Of a stretch of 64,000 bases of DNA, positions 11,291-27,368 are shown one piece after another; position 1 is the first letter of the stretch; each line of letters opens with the position of its first letter. This DNA is from a bacterium. Lineage in GTDB: Bacteria; UBA8248. The position numbers and the translations under genes are program-made. The notes beneath the pieces were generated by a model. That model did not search any database, was not told where the DNA came from, and saw only the letters and a program-made list of their open reading frames with translations. The stretch is taken from contig CBDBZY010000064.1 in the NCBI GenBank assembly GCA_965213685.1, forward strand, positions 160,001 through 224,000, given 5' to 3'.

Positions 11291-12367
11291 TACTTGGGCG
11301 TACATGTACTTATCACTCACAACCTAAATTAGGCTGCACATATTCATTCTGTGGTCTCCAAAACAAGACAAAAACTGGGTTTTCTCTACCGCAAGTTTTA
11401 CAAACACTGCAACACTACAGTTCTCCGGAAACTATATGTATCATTAATATGCCCAGTACTGTTGCATTGTATGGGACCCCTTCACAAAGGGCTCAATTGA
11501 ACACTTGGAAAAAACTCCAAAGCTGGCTGCAAAAATCTGCCTGAAGAAGTGGAACTTATCATACACTACCATGTTGAGGGAGCTTAACTTGCCTACATTG
11601 CAAATGTGCAATCTAGGAGGCACATTATGAAGCTATGTGTTGTTTATGCCATACTTAATAACTCAATGTACTTCCCATCAGGTATCTTTGATCGCAATTC
11701 CAGTGTCAGCACTAGAACCAATACTCCACTGTGCCTCCAGCCTGTACATTGCTCTACCAATTATTTCATGTTTTCTTTTGTTCCTCATTCCATCCTTCTG
11801 TGGCACAGTCTCCCACCATGCATCTCTGGATCTGCATCATTGTTGTCTTTTAAACGCGCATTACATGTTTGGCTCTAGTTCACTTGTCCATTCCTTATAT
11901 CTATTGACTAAATTGCACTGAAGTACGTCACTAGCTATTGTGCTATTGCACTTCGTATTTCTAATAATGGACTCACCCTCGGAACGCCTGGGTATGAGGC
12001 TAGTCGCTACTAAGCCTCGGTATAACCAACTCTAGCGCTTCTGCTCTATGCCGTCGCTATATACATCCGCATGTACGTGTAGTAAATGTAAACGTCATCA
12101 ATGAAACGCAAGACGTCATTGACCAATTTTTATATTACGTAATGTAATCAGTGTGTACCTGGCGTTCCTCCTCGCCGCAGAGTACAAAACCACGTTTATA
12201 ATGTACTGTGCAACACTAAATATTATGGGGTGTGATCTGTGTCAAAATTGGTAATGGAAGCTTTCAATAATACTTTGCATATTTATGCAGGGATACACAT
12301 AATAGCAATCTGCTAACACAGGATGTGTAACCTTATATACTAATTACAAAGCTAAAACTAACAGGTA

Positions 12368-12819
12368 CACTGCAAAAAATCCATGGTTATTTTAACCAAT
12401 AAGAATGGTTATCTCAGTTGCACATTTGTTCTCTCAACACTTGGCACTGAGCAGAGGTATAAAGAATGTGCAAGATGTGTAGGATATCACCCAGGAGGAA
12501 TTGAGCGGTAGAAGACAGTCCATTAGTCTACTGAGCATGACAGAGGAGTGACCCCCCATCATGGCATCCTCTGTCAAATTCCTGTCATAGCACACAATTA
12601 CTTTTACAATTACTCACATTATTGGGGACACCCTACACTTTGCCCACAAGCCTTCAATCTCAAGAGTATAGGATAACTCTGTGTGGGGGGTTACATGATG
12701 TCATTCAGCTTCAATATCAAGAGTATAGGACAACTCAGTGTGGGAATGAGATGGTGTCACTCAGCTGCAACTGAGATAACCTTAGCAAAGTATAAAATAA
12801 CCATTTCTTTTTTGCAGTG
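12368..12819. mobile_element. CACTA/EnSpm-like MITE (copies 48053-48547, 56994-57402; partial 57735-57874 and ~25700-27250)
   Basis: CACTGCAAAAAA...TTTTTTGCAGTG TIRs, 2-bp TA duplication; empty site at ~58830. Confidence 0.75.
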
Positions 12820-14163
12820 TACAGATGGTTATGTGCAATAGGAAACAACATTTTGTTTGAAGTAACCATATGTGGAATTCAACACAGGTGAAGCTTACTA
12901 CGCGTGCATGTCTTGCTAGGAATCTTGCTAGGAATGTCGCTACATAACATTGTGGCCAGCAACCACACCCGGGGGGGTGTCCGGAACAAGTCCTGACCAG
13001 ACTCTCGCTTGCGGAGAGAGTCTGGCTACGCGAGACTACTCTCGGTTGGAGCCCAGTCGCGCCCTCTGGTTGCCAACACCTATTGCTTTCGGAAACCGGT
13101 AGAATCTTGTGTGCTTGGTGCCTCCGTACGCGCTGCAACGTACTGGCATTTAGTACGCAACATGGACGAAAATACAATGCAATATACAGGGGCAAAAATG
13201 TGGCATACTGTAATACCATAGAACGCAACATACGCTTTACCCACCAAGCGCTTTCTTACACTTTTGCACCTCGCTAAGCGCCCTCAGTTCTGCAGCACCA
13301 CCACGCGCGGCTCCTGGAAAGTACATGCGAGTTCAGCTGATATTGAAGGACGAAACCCCAACACTGTGTCACAACCCGCGTAGAGTGAAGGAGGGCTGGA
13401 TTCAAAACGTGCGTGACTAGTCCACTGCGGAACACACCAGGCACAATGTCAGTCAGTGGGCTGGAACGACACTACGACACCATAAACTATGTCTATTACC
13501 CTACTCATTATGGTTCTTACCTAATATTCAGGAGAGGAGGGTTTTGTGCGTAAGAGGTACTTGCTATGCTTGCTGCGTTTAGCAGAAAAGGGTATTGTAT
13601 GGGCCCTTTAGAGCGAAGGTATGAAGATATTTTAAACGTGAAGTCTGACTATGTATAGTAGCGAAGCCCCCCATACGCACACCTGACAACCGTAAGTGTA
13701 GTCGCTTCCGTCGGTCACGGTATAAAAGGCCCCTGCCCCGGGCACAACCTTTGACCCCTCCTGCACATGGCGGACAGATTCAAAATAGCGAGCAGCAACC
13801 AGCGCACTATCCACGTCCATCACAGCACCCTACCCTTCGCTATGTACCGCTTTTGGCGCGAATAACGTTCATTTCACGTGGCCGCGCGTCTTCGAGCGAT
13901 TGTCTGGTCGAAATAGCCCTGAACAGTTTGCCATGGCAGAATGACATGAGAGAAGCACTGAAGAGGGGAAGCCTGAGATCCAGGTATACAAACAAGTGAA
14001 TATAGGTACATACAGATGAAAAATGAAAGATAAAAGTACACTGCTAGGTACAGGTGCACTGTGGTGGTCGTCAGCCTCCTCAGACTTTTGTCGGTAGCTA
14101 TATAGGCTGAATAGATTCCTCCAGGAGTCCAGGCCAGAGGAGTTTAGTCCGTCAGTCAAGTGG

Positions 14164-14502
14164 ATGGAGGATGAGTGTGTGTGTCCAAAAAGGAGACGTA
14201 CAGGAGATAAACAACTTGACCCTGTAGCGGCAAGTGAAGATGCTTGCACTTACAATTCTTACATTTACATATGCAGACGGACACATAAAGGAGATCACCC
14301 CGTACTGGGTCACCCCACTGACAAAGCCCACTGCCCTCACTGTCTGTGCACACCGTGTGTGGTGGCACAGCCCCCAGACTTTCTGGTTGGCAGTTCAGCT
14401 GCCAGTCTGAACAACGTATCCAAGCAATACAGCCTGTACAGAAAGTTCTGGGCATTACTACAGCAGTTGGGAGTGTGGGAGCACCCAACGTACTTGGAAT
14501 AA
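14164..14502 (+). pseudogene. Transposon-associated Cys/Trp-rich protein fragment (copy ~49860-50190)
   Basis: CPHCLCTPC...YSLYRKFWALLQQLGVWEHPTYL; disrupted in the second copy; lies in a TTAA-bounded block. Confidence 0.4.
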
Positions 14503-15052
14503 AACAAAACACCACCACACACCAAGTATACCTTACCACCATTTGCATAACTGGCTTTCACTCCTCCACTGCGGCGAGAGTGTGACACACGCTTTCACAA
14601 CATCTGTGTACTGCTGCTTCTTGTTCACTACAAGAACGCAAGAGAAGCACACAAATCACGAAGTGCTTTCTCCTCGCAAAGGAAGAGTTCCTGTCCCAGC
14701 AGCACAGCACCATCACTGTACATCCCTGTAGTACACATATACATGTAGCAAGAAACCTATCAAGTTCAAGGACAAACATGGCGACAGGCTAACACCTTTA
14801 CTACTACTTACCTGCATTTTCCAACATACAGCTAGTTGTTGCTACTCTTGCACGTGGTCTGCGGATACTAGAATACTGTACCACAGGTTGGATGGGTGTA
14901 CTGGGGACGCTACTTCGCTCTTCCACCAGGGACAGCAAGTTCGAGTAGCTCGCGTTCATTGAGCTGTGGTGCGCCTTGGGGTGTCAAAAAACTTCGCATG
15001 GCACTCAGACGCTGTAGAAAGGATGCTTTGGCATCATCAGTTGGAAACTTAA

Positions 15053-15625
15053 ACGACCCTAAGACATGATTTTGCCTGATTTATGTTTTATTGTAATCTC
15101 CTAATGATGCCTGTTAGCGAAATAACGTAGTTTTGCGTGATATGTCGGTTCATAGAATTATAAAATTTACGCAATATGCATATCGCTAATTATAGAAAAA
15201 AAAATTGCCAATAACGGCTAATGCTGCAGAGACGAAACCTCGGTGGATGATTACTAAGCATGTTGGCTATCTAAGTTTGCTTTAAAAATCCGTGCTAAAT
15301 CTTTCTTTCTAGACATATAGATCTAATCGTTTTCTTCGTGCTGCAGAATTTAGAAAAACGGTAGCAAATTCTGCCGTAAAGTAGCAAGCCAAGCCTCGAG
15401 CAACCCATTGCGCATAAACTAGTTCACTCCCCTTTGGCGAGCATCCACCTCTTCACCGGTTGGCGCCACACAGCGCCGCACGTCCAACGGTAGCGGGAAA
15501 TATGAATTTTTCCCAGCGAACTTGCAACCGCGCCAAAGAATTGCTGTCGTTTTAGCGTTGGTAAATGTAGGGGGAAAGCGACGGTAGAGTAATTGACGAA
15601 GAACGCAATCATGACTCGCCCTCCC
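15053..15625 (-). mobile_element. Kolobok-like MITE A (internally deleted copy 50736-51036)
   Basis: Reverse complement of 34096-34668; ends in cgccctccc-TTAA; the other TIR is clipped by about 6 bp. Confidence 0.75.
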
Positions 15626-16271
15626 TTAAGTGGCCTTAAACGGCGGAAGCGGAAGTGCCCGCCCCTTGTTGGGCCATGATGAAAGCAGGTGTTGAATAGT
15701 CTCGTCCAGACCCTCACGCGCCCCCCGAAAGAGGGTCTGGCAACTATACTCGACCCTATGACGTGGCCGTCCGGCATGTGGGATGGCCAATCACAGCGCA
15801 GCATTCTTCAATTCTACGTTCCATAGTAGATCGGCGCCTGTTCAACAAGTAACGCCACCCAATCATTTATTTTTACTTGTTACCTGCATTTGTAGTCTTT
15901 GTATGCCCTGTCTTGCCTATATTTTATACAAAGCAAAAATAGAATTGTTGTTTTAACAAAACAAGGCCAAGGCACAGCTCACAACAGCTGTTACAACTAT
16001 ATTTGTAGTACAGTTTACATGGCCCTGCAGCAAATATAACAAAGGTCTTTATCATAGGAACAATGTCATTTTTGCTGTGTACACAGCTAAAAAGAGATGG
16101 ACAATTGAATGTTATTCCAGGTACTAGCACTCACCACATCATTCAGTTTTCTTGCCACTATTTCTCTTTTAAACTCTTAACGACAGAATAGGCGAACAAT
16201 GAATCAATGCTGGTGTCAGTTTATGCTCAGTGGATTAAAAAATGTATTGTCGTACTTCTTAATCATCCCTA

Positions 16272-20070
<3,799 letters not shown>

Positions 20071-20150
20071 CTAGGCTTATAAATATGTGCTTCCCCTTAT
20101 CCTGCCACTAATAAGTCAAAGCAGACACAGGAATTCGAACTCTACCCTCA

Positions 20151-20237
20151 GGCCTCCCCCTTGGCAGAGTGGTTATGCATTTCGTCTGGTAAACGGATGA
20201 ATGTGGGTTCGAATCCTGCAGTGGGAGCCGGTTTTTT
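20151..20237 (+). repeat. tRNA-like pseudogene or SINE head (anticodon loop CTGGTAA, Thr-like)
   Basis: A box tggcagagtgg, anticodon arm ttcgt-ctggtaa-acgga, B box ggttcgaatcc, then TTTTTT; acceptor stem is imperfect. Confidence 0.55.
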
Positions 20238-20327
20238 CCGGCGAGGAAAACTGGTGTCTGCTACGGATACGGAGCAGGAGTGGCCTTAGGTTCACAAAAA
20301 CAGAGCATTCATGCCTAGTAGATTTAA

Positions 20328-20545
20328 ACAAGTATGAAAAACATTATCAAAAAATGTATAGGGATGTAGGGATGGCCGTGCCAAAAACTACAGAAACTAG
20401 GTGTAGGGATGGCAGTGTGCAGGCAAGACATGTTATACAAAGACTACACAACTAACCCCATCCCTACATCTTTTTTATATCTGAAATCATTCTGCGAGTT
20501 ATGCTACAAGATTACTGGGAAGAACAATTTTTGAGCCAAAAAAAA
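20328..20545 (+). mobile_element. Single arm plus spacer of the Helentron-like palindrome (same subfamily as the 33162 copy)
   Basis: Starts acaagtatgaaaaacatt; spacer matches ~33310-33380. Confidence 0.7.
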
Positions 20546-20967
20546 GGCATAGGTATAGGCTTCAATTCTTCTTCACTCCTACACTTCTATAAAAGACAAG
20601 TTCTTGCATTCAAAAACTAGATATCACTTCACCATTACTCACTAAGGAAGCCACATAAATGGGAAGACTTAGAGTGCTTCCTGAGTGGTCACACCATACA
20701 TGATACCCACAAGATAGGATGTGGCCAATTCATTGCCAACATCTGGAGAAGGAAGGAGAGTCATGCAAGTGTACATGTTTGTTCACAATATATGGCACTT
20801 TCCCCCTTACCTTCATGCAAAAAAGCTTCGTGCCAGTTGAGGTAGTTGACAGGCAGGTCTTCTGGGGAGGGGTAGGGTTACACAGCTCGTGTTTAATAGC
20901 GCTAGTTTGAGGTGATAGGAGTGCTCTATAAAACATGACAAGGGACATACTTCAAGCACAAAAACGA

Positions 20968-21484
20968 ATATATGGCTTACGAAAGTTCATGCTTGCCCAG
21001 AGCTCACCGAAGCACGCACAATGAGAGATAAAAGTACATTCTTGCCTCGTTTATCTTCCACTGATCTCAGGCCGGGTATCGTTTTTCACGCGGGAGGTTT
21101 TCATGGTAACTCTGCCATCAATCCGTGATTTTCACTGCCCTCTAAATATGATGGGAACTTGCGCTTTGAAGAAATCACGACTGGAATATCCTTTCGCGTT
21201 CGAACGACGCTACCGCGCTTTTTTTTGTGCGCAGGCGCACGTCGTTTTTTGGGCGTGCACTCGGCCGGGCGCGGCGGCCAAGTGGCAGTTGACCTTGACA
21301 CAGAAAGCGCGCGATGTGTTAGGAGCCGTGAGGGGCTGTTTCTACACGCATCACTCTGCGATTGCTGGAGGAGACCAGTGAGTTTATTACTAAGCGCTAG
21401 TCTTTACCCTCGCGTAACCTAATCCCTTCGTATAAAAGGCATGCCGATTTATGTTGTCTAAGTTTGTACCCGTCCGCCATATAT
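20968..21484. mobile_element. Putative MITE, unclassified
   Basis: Short inverted termini ATATATGGCnnACG around a CpG-rich interior; no empty site available. Confidence 0.35.
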
Positions 21485-21489
21485 GTGAC

Positions 21490-22105
21490 TGTACGGTTGT
21501 CAGTCTGATGCGTTGGACTTTGTGGCAGTGTGACTGTCTGTCTGATATGTTTGTCTTTGTTACTGTCAGTCTGATATGTTAGAGTTGTGGCAGTGTGGCT
21601 GTGTGTTGGTCGGATACATTGTACATTGTATATTTGGCTGTGCGGCTGTCAGTCTGACATGTTGGGCTTTGGTGGCCATGTGGCTGTCAGTCTGATATGT
21701 TGGGCTTTGGTGGCCATGTGGCTGTCAGTCTGATATGTTGGGCTTTGGTGGCTGTGTGGCTGTCAGTCTGATATGTTGGGCTTTGGTGGCCGTGTGGCTA
21801 TGATGAGTATCAGTCTGGTATGTTGGGCTTTGGTGGCCGTGTGGTTGTCAGTCTGATATGTTGGACATTGGTGGCTGTGTGGTTGTCAGTCTGATATGTT
21901 GGGCTTTGGTGGCCGTGTGGTTGTCAGTCTGATATGTTGGGCTTTGGTGGCCGTGTGGCTGTCAGTCTGATATGTTGGGCTTTGGCAGCCGTGTGGCTGT
22001 CAGTCTGATATGTTGGGCTTTGGCAGCCGTGTGGCTGTAAGTCTGATATATTGGGCTTTGGTGGCTGTGTGGCTGTTAGTCTGATATGTTGGGCCTTGTG
22101 GCTGA
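21490..22105 (+). repeat. ~38-bp minisatellite (GTCAGTCTGATATGTTGGGCTTTGGTGGCCGTGTGGCT)
   Basis: About 12 well-conserved tandem units plus degenerate 5' units; no unique spacers. Confidence 0.9.
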
Positions 22106-23509
22106 TGACCTTACCTTAGAGTGAATTATATTCTGGTTGTTTCCATGGACTGTATTAATTTTTGTTATTAATTACGTGTATTTACACTAATACTATCAGC
22201 TACATTTGTAAGTTTCAGAAAACACATATAGGTCAACGCTAATATGAAAAAAGTAATATACAAAGAAGGCAGAAGGTAAAGTGATAGAGTACAAATCTCT
22301 GCTCCACACTGTGACCCATAACTGATGCCAGACTAATGATCTCACTTCCTCAACCTGTGGAATGTGAGTGTAAAGTGCATTTGTAGGGCTTATTGTCCTT
22401 TCTCCTTTCTTGTGACTTTTCTCTCATTTCTACAGGCTATTTTCATCCGTAATCTAGCTATCTGGATTTGTTCATTCCAATCTTTGTTCTTAATATATAC
22501 TCTCATATGCATGCTCCATGACACTGAAAATATCTTCAATTATATATAGCTGTCAAGATAGCACATCTTTTGATGGGCAGCTCTCGACTTTATTGTGAAC
22601 AAATCCAGCTCTCATTGGTGTTGCATTCACATTTACTTTCTCACTCCTCTTTGATGGGATGTTGGTAGTTTTCCTGTGGTGTAACTTTCCTTTTTCTTTT
22701 CTATAGATTTAGACAAATCCACAGTATTATATACATTATGTGAATATAATAATTATTATTATTATAATTGTTATAATCATGAGACATCACTTTCGATGAC
22801 CATTGTGTAGTTATTATTGCATGATGTTCACATAGGTATAGGTTACATATGGTACCATAGACATCAAAATTGGCAGTGACCCCCTTGTGGGTGCTAAGAT
22901 GACCACAGGTGCTACATGCCTGGACACCTGGCATGTTAAGGTAACACCCCAGGTATGAGTGTCACAGTGTTGCTGTAACCACCAGGGTGTTCCAAAAGCA
23001 CTCCTAGCTTTGACACCTGAAATCAAGGTGCTGAGACAGCACAAGGGGTGCTCCATTAGCACCCCATTGGTGTTATCTTGACATTGGAGTGTTGTGGGAA
23101 CACTTAGGTGTCTGCATGACACACAGAAATTTGACACCCTGGTGCTCTGATGACACCCCATTTTTAGAGTGTAGGCAACCGATCAATATACAACTGACCA
23201 CTCACACTGCCACGCTCAACTGAGATATATGAACCATTGCGATCACTCTCAATTCTAGGCAATAACAACGAACCCGTCTGAGACATAGCCATCCAACAAC
23301 AACACAGGGCTCACTTCGCACGTGCAGCATGCGTTAATAGGTCCACCATGGGAGACGACAGGACAGTAGAAACCCACGCGAACGGACGGACACGGAGACA
23401 GAGATGATGACTGACTTCCTCGAGTTTGCTGGACGAAGGGCGAGAGTCGGCCGCGACAGTAGACAGCCACACTAAGACCAAGCACTTTAGCAATATCTTA
23501 CACATTGTA

Positions 23510-23881
23510 CCGTAGATCGGTCATTGTTAAAATATTTTCGTCTGTGTCTCTAACGACAGAAATTGAACGCGCGAAATATTTCCACGTAATACACGCGAAA
23601 TGTTTTCCACATAGATCGTGAAACACTTCAGCGTGTACACGTGTGCAGAAATGGCTTTGTTGAGGTATATGAAACCAATCCGTTCTTTACCTGATCTTAG
23701 ATGAGACTCAATCCGTGTATGCAAGTGTACAAAGTCCGTAAAACGCCGCCTTAAATATAATTTTGTCGCGTTTAAAATTTCGTCATTTTGTCGGTGTGCT
23801 GCATGGAGCGACCAAAGTAAATTAACGCGAAAATATTTAACAGACGAAAGTTTCCACCGCTGATAATTTCCTGATCTACGG
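23510..23881. mobile_element. Tc1/mariner-type MITE
   Basis: TA-CCGTAGATC ... GATCTACGG-TA. Confidence 0.65.
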
Positions 23882-23898
23882 TATATAGTGTGTCAGAT

Positions 23899-24211
23899 CA
23901 GGGGCGTAAGAAGATGCTTTCGATGGGGGGCTGACCTTGTGGGCGGCCCAACCTATACCTGGGGGCATGTCTCCCCAGGAAATCACTTCAATGTGCACGC
24001 TCTGAAATCAGTTCTAGTGCATTCTGAGACAAACCCATGTTATGAAAGCAAACTAGACAGCTACAGCTACTAAAAGTTTCAGCTAAAGCAGCGAATATCT
24101 ATAGCAGCATGCATGACAGTATCTATTACTAGTGCAGTAACTGGGGGTGTGGCCTTTACACACACATGGGGGGCTGTAGCCCCCCAGCCCCCCTGCTTCT
24201 TACGCATTCTT
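23899..24211. mobile_element. hAT-like MITE
   Basis: CAGGGGCGTAAGAAG / CTTCTTACGCATTCTTG imperfect TIRs; CAGAT on both flanks. Confidence 0.5.
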
Positions 24212-24242
24212 GCAGATGTAGTACGAACAAAGATGCGGCAAC

Positions 24243-25167
24243 TAACCCTCTGCGTGCATGCGCAGCGAGGGTTACGGTAGTTACCCTCGGCGCGCATTCG
24301 CCAGGTATTACTGCCTCCGTTTGTGTTTGTCCGCGGGAGCTAATCTGTGGACTGGCGCTAGTACACGTCTAACGGAAGGCACTAGCGGCTTGTGCGGCAC
24401 ATTTTGAAAAGGCGTTATCTCTAACTGCTTCGTTCGAAAGTTAGAAGCATAATCACGGAGTGCGGTAGCACTCTGTATATATAGGGATTGCCCATGTCAC
24501 TCGGCATTAACCATTTTCACTATGCACTTCAGATTTCACATTGAGGAGATTAGTGTTAAGAATAGGTGAAAAGGAAACTGTAGTCAGAAACTGGTGAAAT
24601 GAAAAGCACTAAAGTGTAAACCCTCGGCGCAGTTACATTGCATGCTACAACAGACTGCACAGATGATGCAAGCATTGTTGGTTTAGGTCCACTCAATTGG
24701 GCTATAGTCTAGTGTCGTGCCTTGTCTTGTCTAGGATATGTATTTTCTTTCATTTGACGCAAGTAATTAGACAGCTCCTGGATATTGCATAATGGAGCAT
24801 GCGCAGCGAGGGTTGCGGTAGTTACCCTCGGCGCGCATTCGCCAGGTATCACTGCCTCTGTTTGTGTTTGTCCGCGGGAGCTAATCTGTGGACTGGCGCT
24901 AGTACACGTCTAACGGAAGGCACTAGCGGCTTCAGCGGCACATTTTTGAAAGGGCGTTATCTCTAAAACTGCTTCGTTCGAAAGTTAGAAGCATTATGAC
25001 GGAGTGCGGTAGCACTCTGTATATATATATATAGGGATTGCCCAGATCACTCGGCATCAACCCTGTACATTTGAAAATTCGAGTTTTCATTTTCACTATG
25101 CACTTCACACTTCACATTGAGGAGATTAGTGTTAAGAATAGGAACTGTAGTCAGAAACTGGTGAAAA
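24243..25167 (+). repeat. Two tandem copies (~24255-24600 and ~24797-25167) of a hairpin-headed interspersed repeat
   Basis: gcatgcgcagcgagggtt(a/g)cggtagttaccctcggcgcgc... repeated at high identity; the first copy begins with an aaccctc...gagggtt hairpin. Confidence 0.7.
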
Positions 25168-26023
25168 TATACGAGATATTGGCAGTATAATTATTGTAAT
25201 TCTTCTCTTTCTTATTCAGGTTGAAGAAACGAAACCCAACAACCATAATATCGGTTCACCAAAATGGCTGCGTAATGAGGATCTGAGTGCATTGTGAACT
25301 TATTGCTGGGTCCAGGCTCGGTGCCCGAACAGAAGTTATTCTTTCCTTTCTTTCCTTCTTCACCTGTATCAGCAGAGTATTTCGTACCATACCATCTCCA
25401 GGTGAACTAAGACTTCCAAATATTATCTGGACAGTAAGTCCTCCCATCTCGGCTCCTCCTCTGATAGGAAGGTGTTCCGATTGTCCCCTAAAGTGGTTCT
25501 GACAGCACAAGATTTGGGGGGTCTGCCAGTGTGATGCTGGCAGATTCGACAATGACCACTGGTAGTACTTAGGAAAGAATAGGGAGATAAACTTTTGTCC
25601 TGGGTAATGGCCTGGTGCTTAGTGTACTGGACTCCCAGTCTCTGTGTCCAGGTTTGGTGCTCGGACAGAAGTTTACCTTTCCTTTCTTTCCTTCATCAGC
25701 TGTGTCAGCAGAGTAATTCTTAGACTATGGTTATTCAGCCACGTATCGTTCTCTCAACCCCTGGCACTGAACAGATGTGAAGAAAATTTGTGTAAAATTC
25801 TTACAAATTATGCATATGAGTCATAGAGTAGATGACAATTCTTTGGTCTAGTTACGACCTCCCATTATGGGTCATTTACCCATCACATATCAAGCTCCTG
25901 CCATAGCACACACTCTAGTTACTCTGGAGACATCCTACACCTTGTGCACATGCATCCCATCTCAAGAATATATTGCAGAGTGGGAGTGACATGGCATCAT
26001 TCAGCTGCAACTGAGATATATAT

Positions 26024-27214
26024 AAAAGTATGAAAAACATTTTCCAAAAATGTAGAGGGATGTAGGGATGGCAGTGCCAAAAACCACAGAAACTAGGTGT
26101 AGAGATGGCAGTGTACAGGCAAGACAGGATATAAAAAGACTACACAAGCAACCCCATCCCTACATCTTTCTTTTTCCTTGAAATTGTTCTGTGAGTTTAG
26201 CTATGACAATTCTGGGAACATCCATGCCATGCGGTGAGAAAAAAGAAAGATGTAGGGATGGGGTTACTTGTGTAGTCTTTTTATATCCTGTCTTGCCTGT
26301 ACACTGCCATCTCTACACCTAGTTTCTGTGGTTTTTGGCACTGCCATCCCTACATCCCTCTACATTTTTGGAAAATGTTTTTCATACTTGTTTGTGTACT
26401 TTTTCTTGTACAATAGTACACAAAATGTTCTTACAAGTTTCATTCAAAATCCAACAAACATATCAGTGATCAGAGCAGCCATTGCTACTAGTCAGCGGCG
26501 GAGATACGAGTGGGTAAACCTCGTGATCTGTCACTTACGAAGTTGGGAGCCTGGCTGAGCCCCTCTAAAAAGTCCTGAGCTAGAGTAGTTTCCTCAGCGT
26601 ATCTGAGTAGCTAACTCATACCAGTTACATTAGCGTTCGTTGTACAATCGTACGGCGAAGTAAGAACGCGCTCTTTTCAGTGACAAAAGACGAGTAGCCT
26701 TGGCCATCGAGAAATTAATAGGCGTGGCTTCGCGAGGCCCGCCCTCACGTGCTTATAATTTGCGCCACGTGACAATAATTATTAGAAAATGGCTTCCAAA
26801 TATGGTAAAGTTGTCTGGGGTTCTAGATTCTGCCCATAGTAGAGAAGATACTAACATTTTGTTAGCAGAGATCATACTTCGTAGTGATTACAGTAGATCT
26901 GTGAAAGAACTATGGTGATTACTTCAGCCACTTTCGAGTAAAGTCGTTTGAAAGAAATCTCGTAAGAAGAAGAAGAAGAAGAAGAATAAGAAAGAAAAAC
27001 AAAATCACCTTTCGTCCATTATCTGGCAGTAAGTCAAGGAATGCATTCTAGCTACTTGTGGGGTATCGTTGGGTAGAGAAGCGGTCGAATAGGCCATTCG
27101 CGTGCCGAGAAAGGCTTAAAACGCGAGTATTCGCGAGTTAAGAAGGCTTTCCAATGTACGCGCACTATGGGAGTGTCGGCGCCATCCCTACATAGAGAGT
27201 CTACCGACTCTCTG
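26024..27214 (+). mobile_element. Full-length Helentron/DINE-like non-autonomous element
   Basis: Terminal palindrome 26024-26391, core blocks, (GAA)n, 3' subterminal CCATCCCTACAT followed by hairpin AGAGAGTC-TACC-GACTCTCT. Confidence 0.75.
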
Positions 27215-27368
27215 GTATATTCATACCAAGGTTAAAACTAACCATCCTTCCTATCATGTTAAGGGAGAGCTATACGTATGATATGCATATGCAGCAGGCG
27301 GTATGTTCAACACTGGACATTTGAATAAGTACCTCACATCAAAGTATACATAAAGGCACAATAATTAT

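Larger units (their letters stand above)
7913..11970 (+). mobile_element. LINE-A: CR1/L2-group non-LTR retrotransposon (APE + RT), frameshifted, no recognisable ORF1; copy 1
   Basis: APE motifs (YSNARSL, VESWL, GDFN, TIDL, SDH), RT motifs (YRPI, QWGF, FFDLRKAFD, GVPQGS, YADD) and C-terminal FSFVPHSILLW; two nested insertions. Confidence 0.9.

Noticed and set aside
20151-20230. Functional tRNA-Thr(GGT) gene
   Set aside because: Acceptor and D stems pair poorly and a GGT anticodon is atypical for eukaryotic cytosolic tRNA-Thr; treated as a pseudogene or SINE head.
21490-22105. CRISPR-like periodicity (~38 bp)
   Set aside because: Units are contiguous with no unique spacers, there are no cas genes and the context is eukaryotic; it is a minisatellite.
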